A program made the position numbers and the translations under genes. DNA of 63,103 bases from Treponemataceae bacterium (GTDB taxonomy: Bacteria; Spirochaetota; Spirochaetia; Treponematales; Rectinemataceae): assembly GCA_963677895.2 (NCBI GenBank), contig CAXXGJ010000022.1, positions 1 through 63,103 of the forward strand. Reading direction: 5' to 3'. This document shows positions 50,146 to 60,260 of the stretch, one piece after another. The notes below the pieces were generated by a model that was given only the letters and a program-made list of their open reading frames with translations, did not search any database and was not told the DNA's origin. The number at the start of each line of letters is the position of its first letter. The stretch's first letter is position 1.

Positions 50146-50871
50146 TCAGCGCAGCAACTGCCTTACTTCGCCCGATCCAAAATCGGTTACGGAAATGCTG
50201 GGGTAGCCGCGGTAATACACGGACCCCGAACCGTAAATCCTGGCGTCGAGGGAGTCCAGAACCCGAAGAGTACAGGATCCGGAACCGTTTATCGCCACGA
50301 CAGCCTCGCCGGCGGTGAAACCCGTGGCCTGAATGTTCCCCGATCCGTAGATTCTGGCGTCCAGTCGATCGGAACTGCCCGATAGCTTCATATTTCCAGA
50401 ACCTAGAATGGTCGCGGTGACGTGATCGTATTCGAAATCGCCGGAAATGACGCCCGAACCCTGGTCGGTCATGACGATCGATTGCCCGCTGAAACGGTTG
50501 AGAACGGAAATATTGCCCGAGCCGTAGACGCCGATTTCATTCAGCGTGGGAAGCGTGACATCAACCGTGAATTCCGTATAGCGGTAGAGACTTTTACCCG
50601 GCTGCAGGGCGATGACGAGCGCGTCGTTCTCGGTATGGATATCCAGGTACTCGACGAGGTTCTCGTCGATGGTCACGCTGACCGACCTGGAGGATCCCAT
50701 GCGCAGGCGAACCTGTCCCGAGGTCATGTTCTTCACCGCGCCGTACCCAGAAACGGGCAACGAAGCGGTGACAACCTTCCCGTTTCCGACAAAGTCGCCC
50801 GGAGTGACCGCGATGACGCAGGATGAGGAAAGAAGAGCCAAAAAAAGAAGTGAGAAGATGGCGCGTTTCAT
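50146..50871 (-). CDS. DUF2807 / head GIN-domain lipoprotein
   Basis: Lipobox LSSSC, repeated GSG(N/S/V) beta-helix motifs and VYYRGYP. Confidence 0.88.
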   Translation of the reverse strand: MKRAIFSLLFLALLSSSCVIAVTPGDFVGNGKVVTASLPVSGYGAVKNMTSGQVRLRMGSSRSVSVTIDENLVEYLDIHTENDALVIALQPGKSLYRYTEFTVDVTLPTLNEIGVYGSGNISVLNRFSGQSIVMTDQGSGVISGDFEYDHVTATILGSGNMKLSGSSDRLDARIYGSGNIQATGFTAGEAVVAINGSGSCTLRVLDSLDARIYGSGSVYYRGYPSISVTDFGSGEVRQLLR

Positions 50872-51105
50872 GGAAGTCTCCTGAACGCTGGATATGTCCC
50901 TCATGCGAGGCGACTGGCTGAGCGACGGAGTGCTCGCCCCTTGCGGGCGCGAGGATGTTCGGGTCGCTCGAGAAGAAATATACCACTGTGGGAAAGGTCC
51001 GTCCATAAAAACCGATAATTTTTTATCTTTTAAAACATTTTTAGTCATTCAAATTCCTTCGATATTTCTTGATGGATCGCCCCGCGGGAAGTAGTATAGA
51101 GGACG

Positions 51106-51879
51106 ATGCAGCCAGAAGACTTATTGCTTTTCGCGGCCGACGCGGCGCGACTCATGCTTGAAAGCGGCGGGGAAACCTACCGCGCCGAAGAAACCGCGAT
51201 GAACATCATAACCAGCCAGGGCGGCGTCGAAGCCGAATGCTTCGCCACGAGCACGGGGCTCATGCTCTCCTTCACCGGCGAGGACGGCAAGGTCCACGCG
51301 GTAGTCAGGCGGGTCAAGCACCGCGAGATGAGCCTGGAAAAAGCGTCGCGGATCCACACGATGGTGAGCGGACTCCAGACCGACAGGATCGACATTCTGG
51401 AAGCGACCCGCGAACTCGATGTCATCGAAAGACTGCGCGAACGCCCCTTTGCCATAAGGATGGGAGCGAGCGCCGTCGGCGCCGCCTTCTTCACCCTTCT
51501 TTTCGGCGGAAAACCGGCGGATGCCTTCGCCGCCGCGGCCATCGGCGCCACCCTTTACCTTCTCATACGGGGATTCCAGCGCCTGAAGCTGCCCGAATTC
51601 CTCACCAGCCTCGCCGGCGGAGGGTACGCGGCCATCGCCTCGCTGGGCATTCAAGCGCTCATCGCCCCGATCAACCCCGACATGACCATCATCGGCGTCA
51701 TCATGCTCCTCGTCCCCGGCGTGGCCATCACCAACGCGATACGCGACATCATCGCGGGGGACCTGGTCGCAGGCATCGCCCGCGGCGTGGACGCCTTCAT
51801 CACCGCGGCGGCGATTTCGGCCGGAGCCGGCGGGGCTTTCGCGATATGGAAGCTTCTCGAACTCGGAGGCCTCCGATGA
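51106..51879 (+). CDS. Threonine/serine exporter ThrE-family, large subunit
   Basis: LESGGETYRAEET, MLLVPGVAITNAIRD and GDLVAG. Confidence 0.9.
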   Translation: MQPEDLLLFAADAARLMLESGGETYRAEETAMNIITSQGGVEAECFATSTGLMLSFTGEDGKVHAVVRRVKHREMSLEKASRIHTMVSGLQTDRIDILEATRELDVIERLRERPFAIRMGASAVGAAFFTLLFGGKPADAFAAAAIGATLYLLIRGFQRLKLPEFLTSLAGGGYAAIASLGIQALIAPINPDMTIIGVIMLLVPGVAITNAIRDIIAGDLVAGIARGVDAFITAAAISAGAGGAFAIWKLLELGGLR

Positions 51880-52358
51880 GCCCTGAACTGCTCTCCATAG
51901 TCGGCTGGCTCAAGGGTCCGGCATTCGCGGCCATAGCCACCTCGGCGTTTTCGCTCCTGTTCGGTCTTCACTCGATCGACATCCTGCTGGCCTCGGGCGG
52001 AGCGGCGGTAGGTTGGGCGATATTCCTCGTCGTGCCTCACGCGGGCTCGCCCGCCTTCGCGGTTTTCCTGGCAGCCCTCGCGGCGGGACTCTACAGCGAA
52101 ATAATCGGATGGCTGCGATTCAGGCCGGCCACCGTCTACGCGATAGCGGCCATCTTACCGCTCGTGCCCGGAGGCGGCATGTACTACACGATGCTTTCCA
52201 CCCTCGAGGGCAATTCGACGAAAACGGTCGAACTCGTCATGACTACGCTCATGACCGCTTTTGCCATCGCCGCCGGACTTGCAATTGCCAACGCAGTTGG
52301 TAGAATGATCTACCTCGCCTACTCCCATTGGCTCATGAAAGGAAACAGAAAACCATAA
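51876..52358 (+). CDS. Threonine/serine exporter ThrE-family, small subunit
   Basis: PATVY and ILPLVPGGGMY, ATGA-coupled to the previous gene. Confidence 0.88.
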   Translation: MSPELLSIVGWLKGPAFAAIATSAFSLLFGLHSIDILLASGGAAVGWAIFLVVPHAGSPAFAVFLAALAAGLYSEIIGWLRFRPATVYAIAAILPLVPGGGMYYTMLSTLEGNSTKTVELVMTTLMTAFAIAAGLAIANAVGRMIYLAYSHWLMKGNRKP

Positions 52359-52359
52359 G

Positions 52360-53505
52360 ATGTCGCTGGAAACCTTGTTACGCGTACAAATCGACCTTTT
52401 CGCGCTCGCCATCCTGGCCATCATGGGCGGCTCCATCATCATCAGGAACAGGGATCACCAATTCATGGATTCCAGACTCTTTCTCCGGCTGATCGTAAGC
52501 ATAAGCCTTGTGATCATCTTCGAGGGGCTGAGTTGGATCTTCGACGGAAAGCCCGGCGCCGCCATGAGGATAGCGAGCTATGTCGTCAACGTCATTTTCT
52601 ATGCCCTCATCTTCACGCCGATGGGTGTCTATCTTATTTATGTCGATCACTTCACCGCGCCGAACCGGCCCCTCGTCCTGTCCTTCTATTTCTGGACCGC
52701 CATAGCGGTCGCCGTGATGGGCGCCCTCTTCGCCATTCTAGGTCCTATCAAAGGCCTGCTATTCTACCTCGACGAAAACAACACCTATTTCAGGGGCCCG
52801 CTCAATGGTTTCTTCAACCTACTCATGACCGTCATGGGACTCCTCCCGGCCTATGTACTCGTGAAGCGGCGCAGAACCATACCCAGCCCTTCATTTTACA
52901 ACCTCATCCTCTACCCGGTGATGCCGACCATTGGGGGAATACTCCAGCAGTTCGTCTACGGCACCAATCTGTTTTGGGCGGCCACCGTCATCGCCGTCTT
53001 TCTCACCTTCATCAATGTCCAGAACAGGCAAATCGACAGCGACTACCTCACGGGCGCCTTCAACCGTTCGAGCCTCCAGGAATACCTGGGCACCTTGGTG
53101 CGGAAGGCATGCAGAAACAGAACCTTTGCCGGAATTATGCTCGATCTGGATAATTTCAAGCAGATCAACGACCGCTGCGGTCACGGGACCGGCGACCAGG
53201 CCCTCATCGAAATGGCAAGAATCCTTCATGCCTCGGTGCGTAAAACCGATTTCGTGGCGCGCTACGGCGGCGACGAGTTCATCGTGATCCTCGATACTGG
53301 CGACGGCGCCGTCGTGGATGAGGTCATCGAAAGGATACGCGCCAACATGAAGGCCGCCAACGGCGCCGAAAAGACCTATACGCTCTCCGCGAGCATGGGC
53401 AAAGCGATATTCGATTTGGAAAGAGACAGGAATATCGATACCTTCATCCAGAGGCTGGATGGGCTCATGTACGAAGACAAGACCCGTCTGGCGGTTACCA
53501 TATGA
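52360..53505 (+). CDS. Membrane-bound diguanylate cyclase
   Basis: About 7 TM segments, DYLTGAFNR, DLDNFKQIND and RKTD..RYGGDEF. Confidence 0.92.
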   Translation: MSLETLLRVQIDLFALAILAIMGGSIIIRNRDHQFMDSRLFLRLIVSISLVIIFEGLSWIFDGKPGAAMRIASYVVNVIFYALIFTPMGVYLIYVDHFTAPNRPLVLSFYFWTAIAVAVMGALFAILGPIKGLLFYLDENNTYFRGPLNGFFNLLMTVMGLLPAYVLVKRRRTIPSPSFYNLILYPVMPTIGGILQQFVYGTNLFWAATVIAVFLTFINVQNRQIDSDYLTGAFNRSSLQEYLGTLVRKACRNRTFAGIMLDLDNFKQINDRCGHGTGDQALIEMARILHASVRKTDFVARYGGDEFIVILDTGDGAVVDEVIERIRANMKAANGAEKTYTLSASMGKAIFDLERDRNIDTFIQRLDGLMYEDKTRLAVTI

Positions 53506-53523
53506 ATAAACGCAGGAGTACTT

Positions 53524-56427
53524 ATGTCATTTACGCTTATAGAGGAACGCCCGGTTCCGGAAATTGATTCCATAGCCAGACTCTATCGACATGACGCCAC
53601 CGGCGCCCGCCTGCTTTCCATCGCCAACAAGGACGAAAACAAGGCCTTCGGCATCACCTTCAGGACCCCGCCTTCGCGCTCTGACGGCGTCGCCCATATC
53701 ATGGAACACTCGGTGCTCTGCGGCTCGGAAAAATATCCCGTCAAGGAACCCTTTGTCGAACTGATGAAAGGCTCGCTCAACACCTTCCTCAACGCATTCA
53801 CCTATCCCGATAAAACCGTCTATCCCGTGGCTTCGACCAACAAGAAGGACTTCTATAATCTCGTCGACATCTACATGGACGCCGTACTCAAGCCGCGCAT
53901 CACCGAGGACACCTTCCGCCAGGAAGGCTGGCACTACGAGGTCGACGCCGAAACGGGAGCCCTCGCCTACAAAGGCGTGGTCTTCAACGAGATGAAGGGA
54001 GCGTATTCCGACCCCGACGACTTCCACGATGACCAGTGCCGCCGCTCGCTCTTTCCGGACACGGCATACGGTCTCGATTCCGGAGGCGATCCCGCCGTCA
54101 TACCCCGGCTGGATTATGCCGCTTTCCTGGCATTCCATGAAAAGTATTACCATCCCTCGAACTCCTTCATCTACTTTTACGGGGACGACGATCCGGACGA
54201 GAGGCTGGCATTCATCGACAAGTGGCTCGCGCCCTATTCGCGCATCGAAGTGGATTCGCTGCCTGGGCTGCAGGCGCCTTTCGCGGCGCCCATCACTCGC
54301 ACGGCCGTCTACGAAGGCAAGGAACCCAAGGCCTGGACAGCCGTCAACTGGGCGCTGGCCGAACATGGGGACCAGAAGACAACACTGGGCCTCTCGATTC
54401 TCTCGCACATTCTCACCACCACGCCCGCATCTCCCCTTCGCAAGGCCCTCATCGATTCTGGGCTGGGTGAGGATCTGGCAGGATTCGGCCTCGAGGACTC
54501 GATGAGGCTCGGCGCCTGGTCGGTAGGGCTCAAGGGCGTGCGGCCCGACAAGGTGGCCGAGGTCGAGGATCTAATCCTTTCGGAACTTTCGCGGCTGGCC
54601 GAGGAAGGCATCGATCCTGATACGGTGGAAGCATCCATCAACACAGTGGAGTTCGCCCTGCGCGAGAAGAATTCGGGGCGATTCCCCCGCGGGCTCGCGG
54701 TGATGCTGGAGGCGCTCAACGAGTGGCTCTACGACAAGGACCCGATAAGGGCGCTATCCTTCGGTGCATCCCTCGCCGAAATCAAGAAAGAGGCGACGGA
54801 TGGCGGCGTCTACTTCGAAAGGCTCATCCGCGCATGGCTGCTCGACAATCCGCACCGGAGCACCGTGACGATACTGCCCGATCCGGAAGCCGGCGCGCGC
54901 CGGGAAGCGGAGGAGAGGGCGGCACTGGAGGCCGCGCGCGCCGCTATGTCCGAGACAGACTTGAAGTCGGCGGCGACCGCCGCGGAGCAGCTTCAGCTGC
55001 GACAGAACGCTCCCGACAGTCCCGAGGCCCTCGCCACCATTCCCTCGCTGGAACTGGCCGACCTGCCGAAAAACGCGTCGAGAATACCCTCCGAAACGGG
55101 AACGATCGCTTCCTCCACCCTGCTCTTCCACGATCTTCCGACCAGTTCCATCCTCTACCTGGATCTGGCCTTCCCCTTGAATGGGCTGGGCGAAAGGCTC
55201 CTCCCCTATATGGGGCTTCTCGGCCGGGCTCTCCTGGAAATGGGAACGGAAGACGCCGACTATGTGACGATGAGCCAGGAAATCGGCAAGCATACCGGCG
55301 GCATCGGTACGACAAGCGTGCTCACCACGAAGTGGAACCGTCCCGAGGCCGCGGCTTATTTCGTGTTCAGGTCCAAGGCTATCGTGGAGAAGGTCCCGCA
55401 ACTTCTGGCCCTTCTCGAATCCATTCTCCTCGGCGCGAAACTGGACAACAGGGAACGGTTCAAGCAGATCGTTCTCGAGGAAAAGGCCCAATCCGAGGCC
55501 TCGCTCATTCCTTCGGGCCACCGTCTCGTCGGGCTGAGGCTCCTTTCGAGACTCACCGAGGCGGACCGGATGTCCGAATCCATCAATGGCCTGGAACAGC
55601 TTTTCTTCCTCCGCGCGCTCGCCGAGAGGATCGATTCCGACTGGACAGGCGTGCTCGCCGACCTGAGGGCGGCGCGGGACGCGGTGGTGAGCGCCGCGGG
55701 CGCGATCGTGAACGTCACCATCGACAGGAATGATTTCGAAAGGCTGAGGCCGCGGCTGGAAGGTTTCGTCGCGGCGCTCCCGCAGGGGCAGGCTGGAACG
55801 GCAACCCCGCGGGAACTGGCTGGAACGGCCGGCGCGCCCGCCATGGAACTGCTGACCGCCCCCACCCAGGTGAATTTCGTGGGCAAGGCATATCCGATGG
55901 CCGCCGCGGGCGGCAAACCCTCGGGAGCCTTTCTCGTCGCGAAAAAATATCTCGACACCACCTTCCTCTGGGAAAAGGTGCGCGTGCAGGGAGGCGCCTA
56001 CGGCGGCTTCTCCATGTATGACCTCAACTCGGGCGTTTTCGTTTTCCTCTCCTACAGGGACCCGAACCTCGAAAAAACCCTCGACATCTTCGCGCAGGCT
56101 TCCGAATATCTCGATAAACTCGAAATCTCGGAGGAGGAACTCACCCGCGCCATCATCGGGACCATCGGCGGCGTCGACAGTTATCTCCTTCCCGACGCCA
56201 AGGGCTTCACCTCCCTTGTCCACTACATGACAGGGTACCGCTACGAGGACAGGCAAGTCATGCGTGCCCAGATCCTGGCGGCCTCGCCCGCCGACTTCAA
56301 GGCGCTCGCGGCCTCCATCGCGGCCGCGGCTCCCTACTCCATAGCCGGCGCCCTGAGCTCAACGCAGAAAATAGACGCGCTCCCGGAATCGATGCGCGGC
56401 GGAGCGAAGATCACCGCAGTCATGTGA
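53524..56427 (+). CDS. M16C metallopeptidase (presequence protease/insulinase family)
   Basis: Inverted zinc motif HIMEH, LNAFTYPDKT, GVVFNEMKG, VRVQGGAYGG and SYRDP. Confidence 0.95.
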   Translation: MSFTLIEERPVPEIDSIARLYRHDATGARLLSIANKDENKAFGITFRTPPSRSDGVAHIMEHSVLCGSEKYPVKEPFVELMKGSLNTFLNAFTYPDKTVYPVASTNKKDFYNLVDIYMDAVLKPRITEDTFRQEGWHYEVDAETGALAYKGVVFNEMKGAYSDPDDFHDDQCRRSLFPDTAYGLDSGGDPAVIPRLDYAAFLAFHEKYYHPSNSFIYFYGDDDPDERLAFIDKWLAPYSRIEVDSLPGLQAPFAAPITRTAVYEGKEPKAWTAVNWALAEHGDQKTTLGLSILSHILTTTPASPLRKALIDSGLGEDLAGFGLEDSMRLGAWSVGLKGVRPDKVAEVEDLILSELSRLAEEGIDPDTVEASINTVEFALREKNSGRFPRGLAVMLEALNEWLYDKDPIRALSFGASLAEIKKEATDGGVYFERLIRAWLLDNPHRSTVTILPDPEAGARREAEERAALEAARAAMSETDLKSAATAAEQLQLRQNAPDSPEALATIPSLELADLPKNASRIPSETGTIASSTLLFHDLPTSSILYLDLAFPLNGLGERLLPYMGLLGRALLEMGTEDADYVTMSQEIGKHTGGIGTTSVLTTKWNRPEAAAYFVFRSKAIVEKVPQLLALLESILLGAKLDNRERFKQIVLEEKAQSEASLIPSGHRLVGLRLLSRLTEADRMSESINGLEQLFFLRALAERIDSDWTGVLADLRAARDAVVSAAGAIVNVTIDRNDFERLRPRLEGFVAALPQGQAGTATPRELAGTAGAPAMELLTAPTQVNFVGKAYPMAAAGGKPSGAFLVAKKYLDTTFLWEKVRVQGGAYGGFSMYDLNSGVFVFLSYRDPNLEKTLDIFAQASEYLDKLEISEEELTRAIIGTIGGVDSYLLPDAKGFTSLVHYMTGYRYEDRQVMRAQILAASPADFKALAASIAAAAPYSIAGALSSTQKIDALPESMRGGAKITAVM

Positions 56428-56538
56428 CAGCGCCGTTTTTCCGTGTTATAATCCTTCCCATATGAAAGATGCCGCCCTGGAATTGCTTTCAGGACAACAT
56501 CTTTCATTGTCTTTTCACCAATCTGGAAAGGAGACAAA

Positions 56539-58014
56539 ATGCAGAAAAAAATAAGCGCGGCTTTGCTCATTTTCGCTTGCGTCGCGACATTCGCCGGATT
56601 TGCCGAAGGAACAGGGCCTACTATGGAGGCCGGATTCTTCTTCAATCTTTTCCCTATGTTCGAGTACACGACCCAGGCACAGGTCACGACCGGCTCCGAC
56701 ATCTCAGACCGGGCCTTCGGCGAGTTCTACAACAAGCCCGCTTTCGGCTCGGGCGGCTTTTATTTCAAGACGGGACCGATCACCGCCATCGGCATCATGG
56801 AGTTCCAGCAAGATATCTGGTCCAAGCTCTATAAACAGTCCATTTTCAACATGCCGGATTCCAGGACAGGCTGGGCTCCCGACATCATCGACCTCGGCAC
56901 CTTCTATCCCAACGTCGGCTATGTGGATTACGATTCCAACGGCATAAGGCTTTCTTTGGGACGCAGGAAGATAAAGGACGGTCCCGGCACCTACGGCCTC
57001 GGAATCTCCTCCGGCAACCCTTTCTACGACCATGTCGCGGCATCGCTGGCCGTGCCGATCGGCAGCGGGAAACTGGGCTATGACTATGTCGCGGTGGGCT
57101 TGCAGCGCTGGTCCAACGACGCTTTCACGGGAACCGGAACCCAACCCAAATACTACTTCTTCCACCGGGCTTCCTGGACGGGCAAATACTTTACGATTGG
57201 AATCAACGAATACACGCTCATAGCGGACGCGAATCCCGACTTCCAGGACTGGGGCCCCTTCCTCTTCTACCACAACCTTTTCAACAACCACCAGAACGTC
57301 ATGGCAGGCCTGGACTTCAATTGGACCCCCAAGGATACCTTCGCCTTCTACGGCCAGTTCATCCTGGACGATTTTATGCTCGGCACGGAAACCGGCACCA
57401 ACCCGACGGCCATCGGTCTCTCGGTCGGCACGGACCTGAACCTCATTCCGGGTTCCCAGACGACGGGGGCCAAGTATTACGATTCCGATTACACATACTA
57501 TGTAGGCAGGAGCCAGGTGCCCAAGGGCGGTCTCAATGTCCGCGCCGAGGGCTATCTGCTCTCCAGGTATCTCTACCGCAGACAAAGCGGCGCTCCAAAC
57601 GAAGCCTTTACCGCACAGTACGAAGTCATGTCCAACTGGCCGCAGGGCTATGTCGATGGAAGACCCTTCCTCGCCACTCCCCTGGCCCCCGACACGGCCC
57701 TGGGGAGACTGGCTCTTACTTGGGTCGCCATGCCCTGGGAGGCTTCCTTCGCCTTCGAGTACAGGCTCGTCGGTTCCGAGAGCGGCTTGAAGACCTACGA
57801 TTACAGCACCGTCGACTACACATGGAGCGTTCTCTGGCCCAGCTCTCCGACTACCGAGCTGAGCTTCAAGCTCGACGGAAAATATCGCCTCGGCGCCGCG
57901 TCCATGGCCACGGCGGGCGTCATCCTCGTCCTGGACGAGGGCAGTCCGGCGGTGACCCTGAACGCCGGTTTCGCCCATCAGTTCGCCGCCGGCAAAGGTC
58001 CTTCCATCAAATAA
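56539..58014 (+). CDS. Putative outer-membrane beta-barrel protein (possibly Wzi-like)
   Basis: Signal peptide, many aromatic-rich amphipathic strands, and LSLGRRK, KYYFFHR, FYGQFILDD segments. Confidence 0.55.
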   Translation: MQKKISAALLIFACVATFAGFAEGTGPTMEAGFFFNLFPMFEYTTQAQVTTGSDISDRAFGEFYNKPAFGSGGFYFKTGPITAIGIMEFQQDIWSKLYKQSIFNMPDSRTGWAPDIIDLGTFYPNVGYVDYDSNGIRLSLGRRKIKDGPGTYGLGISSGNPFYDHVAASLAVPIGSGKLGYDYVAVGLQRWSNDAFTGTGTQPKYYFFHRASWTGKYFTIGINEYTLIADANPDFQDWGPFLFYHNLFNNHQNVMAGLDFNWTPKDTFAFYGQFILDDFMLGTETGTNPTAIGLSVGTDLNLIPGSQTTGAKYYDSDYTYYVGRSQVPKGGLNVRAEGYLLSRYLYRRQSGAPNEAFTAQYEVMSNWPQGYVDGRPFLATPLAPDTALGRLALTWVAMPWEASFAFEYRLVGSESGLKTYDYSTVDYTWSVLWPSSPTTELSFKLDGKYRLGAASMATAGVILVLDEGSPAVTLNAGFAHQFAAGKGPSIK

Positions 58015-58043
58015 GAAAAGCGGATCCAGTCAAGAACGAAAAT

Positions 58044-58078
58044 AAAGCGGCGGCCCACGAAGGCCGCCGCCGCTTTTT
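58044..58078. terminator. Intrinsic terminator between convergent genes
   Basis: GCGGCGGCC-CACGAA-GGCCGCCGC stem with T-run and A-run flanks. Confidence 0.75.
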
Positions 58079-58092
58079 CCCGAAACGTCCAT

Positions 58093-58968
58093 CTAGAGCC
58101 CTACGACCGCGCTCGTTTTTTCCCACAAAGTCTTCCGCATGTCCATATATTTCCACCCGATGTCAGGGGCTTTCTCCGCGCAATCGACAAAATAGCCGCC
58201 AGAAATCCCGTCCAGTTCCCTGGATGAGGCAAGATAGACGCTCGTTGCGGCGCCCTCCTCCACGTCCTTCGATTTCCAACGCATGTAAAGCCTGATGATG
58301 GAATCGTACCATTTGTCCAGGGACATTATTTTCGTATCGACGAGACCTGGATGAAGGGCATTGGCGGTGATCCGCGTTCCGGCAAGTCGTTCGGCCAGCT
58401 CCAAAGTGAAGAGAAGCATCGCGAGCTTGGATGCGGCGTAGGCCGAAAAGCCGTTTTTATGCGTCAGGAACCCGGGCCGCTCAAGATCAAGCCTGCCGAT
58501 TCGGTACATGGCCGAGGTCACGTTGACGATCCTGCCGGAGCCGGAAGCTGTAATTATAGGAAGGAGGAGGTTCGTCAGGAGGAAGGGACCGAAATAGTTG
58601 GTCTGCATTGTGGGATGGATGCCGTCTTCTGTAAGTGTATCGCCCTGGGTATAGGTGCCCGCGTTGTTTACGAGGACATCGATGCGGTCGTGCCGTGCGG
58701 TGAGTTCAGCGACGCAGGCGCGCACGGAAGCGAAGGACGCGAGATCGAGGCGAACGGTAGTGACGTTGTCGTTGCCGGTCGCGCGCCTGATCTCCGCGGC
58801 AGCGGCGCCGGCGGCCCCTTCATTGCGGCAGGCCATAACGACGCCGGCGCCGCCGCGAGCGAGTTCCCTAGCCGTCACCTTGCCGATGCCCGCGTTGGCG
58901 CCGGTTATGACGATAGTCTTCCTCAGGAGGGCCGGTGTCTCCCGGCTATACTTCGGCGAAGACGACAA
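58093..58968 (-). CDS. SDR oxidoreductase (retinol dehydrogenase-like)
   Basis: TGANAGIG, MACRN, LDLASFASV, NNAG, YAASKLA and LHPG. Start uncertain (TTG). Confidence 0.9.
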   Translation of the reverse strand: MSSSPKYSRETPALLRKTIVITGANAGIGKVTARELARGGAGVVMACRNEGAAGAAAAEIRRATGNDNVTTVRLDLASFASVRACVAELTARHDRIDVLVNNAGTYTQGDTLTEDGIHPTMQTNYFGPFLLTNLLLPIITASGSGRIVNVTSAMYRIGRLDLERPGFLTHKNGFSAYAASKLAMLLFTLELAERLAGTRITANALHPGLVDTKIMSLDKWYDSIIRLYMRWKSKDVEEGAATSVYLASSRELDGISGGYFVDCAEKAPDIGWKYMDMRKTLWEKTSAVVGL

Positions 58969-59422
58969 TGTAGTTGTGCCCGTATTTCTTGGCGCATTTC
59001 GGGCACGTCGTATAATAGAAGTAATAGTCCTTGGCGATTTTCGCCCTCATGGCGAGATAATCGTCCACGGCCCGGATATATTTGGGAACGTCGTTGTAGG
59101 GACCGTCGTAGACCTTGCTGATGAAGGTGCCGCTCAACGTCACCGTTCCCGGGCCTTCCTTCGCGACGGAGAGGAAAAGTTCCGATTTCCACGGCGAAGG
59201 ATCGTGCATCAGGAGAAGGAAATCCTCCGTCGCGGACGCGATGCCCAGATCCTGCGCCTGTTTCCAGAGTCTGCCTATGCCGGGTCCCAGGAAGCCCGGA
59301 ATGGGCATATGGAAAAGCTGCGGAATCGAGCCTTTCAGGAAAGGCTTATCCTTCCATACGTGTTCGACGCCGTCCCAGGGTTTAGGGTCGAAAACCGGGC
59401 AGCATTCTTTCTCTTCGCCCAT
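58946..59422 (-). CDS. Conserved small protein, GyrI-like effector-binding fold suspected
   Basis: ECCPVFDPKPWD, SKVYDGPY and YYTTCPKCAKKYGHNY. Confidence 0.65.
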   Translation of the reverse strand: MGEEKECCPVFDPKPWDGVEHVWKDKPFLKGSIPQLFHMPIPGFLGPGIGRLWKQAQDLGIASATEDFLLLMHDPSPWKSELFLSVAKEGPGTVTLSGTFISKVYDGPYNDVPKYIRAVDDYLAMRAKIAKDYYFYYTTCPKCAKKYGHNYIVVFAEV

Positions 59423-59443
59423 AATCCACCTCCACTTCCCAGT

Positions 59444-60244
59444 TTAAAGCACGAAAAAGAGGAATACGAGGGCCTCTCGCCACGAAGCCGCGCTGTACGC
59501 CACTTCGTGCGTGCCTATCTTCTGGGCTCCCGGGAAAAAGGAGCCCCGGTGTGCGAGATGATGTTCCTTGAAACGAATCTCGACGTCGAAGCGTCTCGGT
59601 ATGTACTGTTTCTCGATCGCGGGAGGATTCGCGATGGCTTCCGCCACCGTATCCCGGATCATGCGTTGGGCGACATTCGGATGAATCGATATCGATCCAT
59701 TGCCAATGCCCCTGCTCACGGGAGCTGTCCTTATTCCCCAATCCAATCCGTCAGCGAAAGCGCACAACGCCTCGTCGCCGGCCAGGAAGAGGACGGGCAC
59801 GCGGAGGGAAACCGCCGTATAGGCGTTCATGAGAAACTCGCTCGCCTGTATGCCGTTGACCTTCACCCAGACGTTGCCGCCGTTCATCGTGTGGGCCAGA
59901 GGATTGCCGTCCGAGCCGGCCGGCGAATGATAGCCAGTGAAGAGGACGCCTTCGAAGGTCGAGTCGAGACCCGCCATCATGACCTGAGGATCCCGCGTCC
60001 AGGAACGCAGTATCCTCACCTTTTCGGGCAGGGCCGATGGGTCTATATTCCTGCCGGTGCTGTGGGCATCTTTGACGAGGATGTCATCCACGCCGGAAAA
60101 GACGGCTGCCTCGCAGGCAGCCGCCACTTCCTTCGTCATCTGCGACCTGAAATACGCGCTCTGCGCGTCGCCGAGATCGGTTTCCTTCCAGTCCACGATG
60201 CCGCAGGTGCCTTCGATATCGGCGCTCAAATACAGTTTTTTCAA
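59444..60244 (-). CDS. M55 D-aminopeptidase (DppA family)
   Basis: SADIEG, VKDAH, GYHS, LAHT and LAGD. Confidence 0.92.
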   Translation of the reverse strand: MKKLYLSADIEGTCGIVDWKETDLGDAQSAYFRSQMTKEVAAACEAAVFSGVDDILVKDAHSTGRNIDPSALPEKVRILRSWTRDPQVMMAGLDSTFEGVLFTGYHSPAGSDGNPLAHTMNGGNVWVKVNGIQASEFLMNAYTAVSLRVPVLFLAGDEALCAFADGLDWGIRTAPVSRGIGNGSISIHPNVAQRMIRDTVAEAIANPPAIEKQYIPRRFDVEIRFKEHHLAHRGSFFPGAQKIGTHEVAYSAASWREALVFLFFVL

Positions 60245-60260
60245 GATCAGCCTCCGGATG

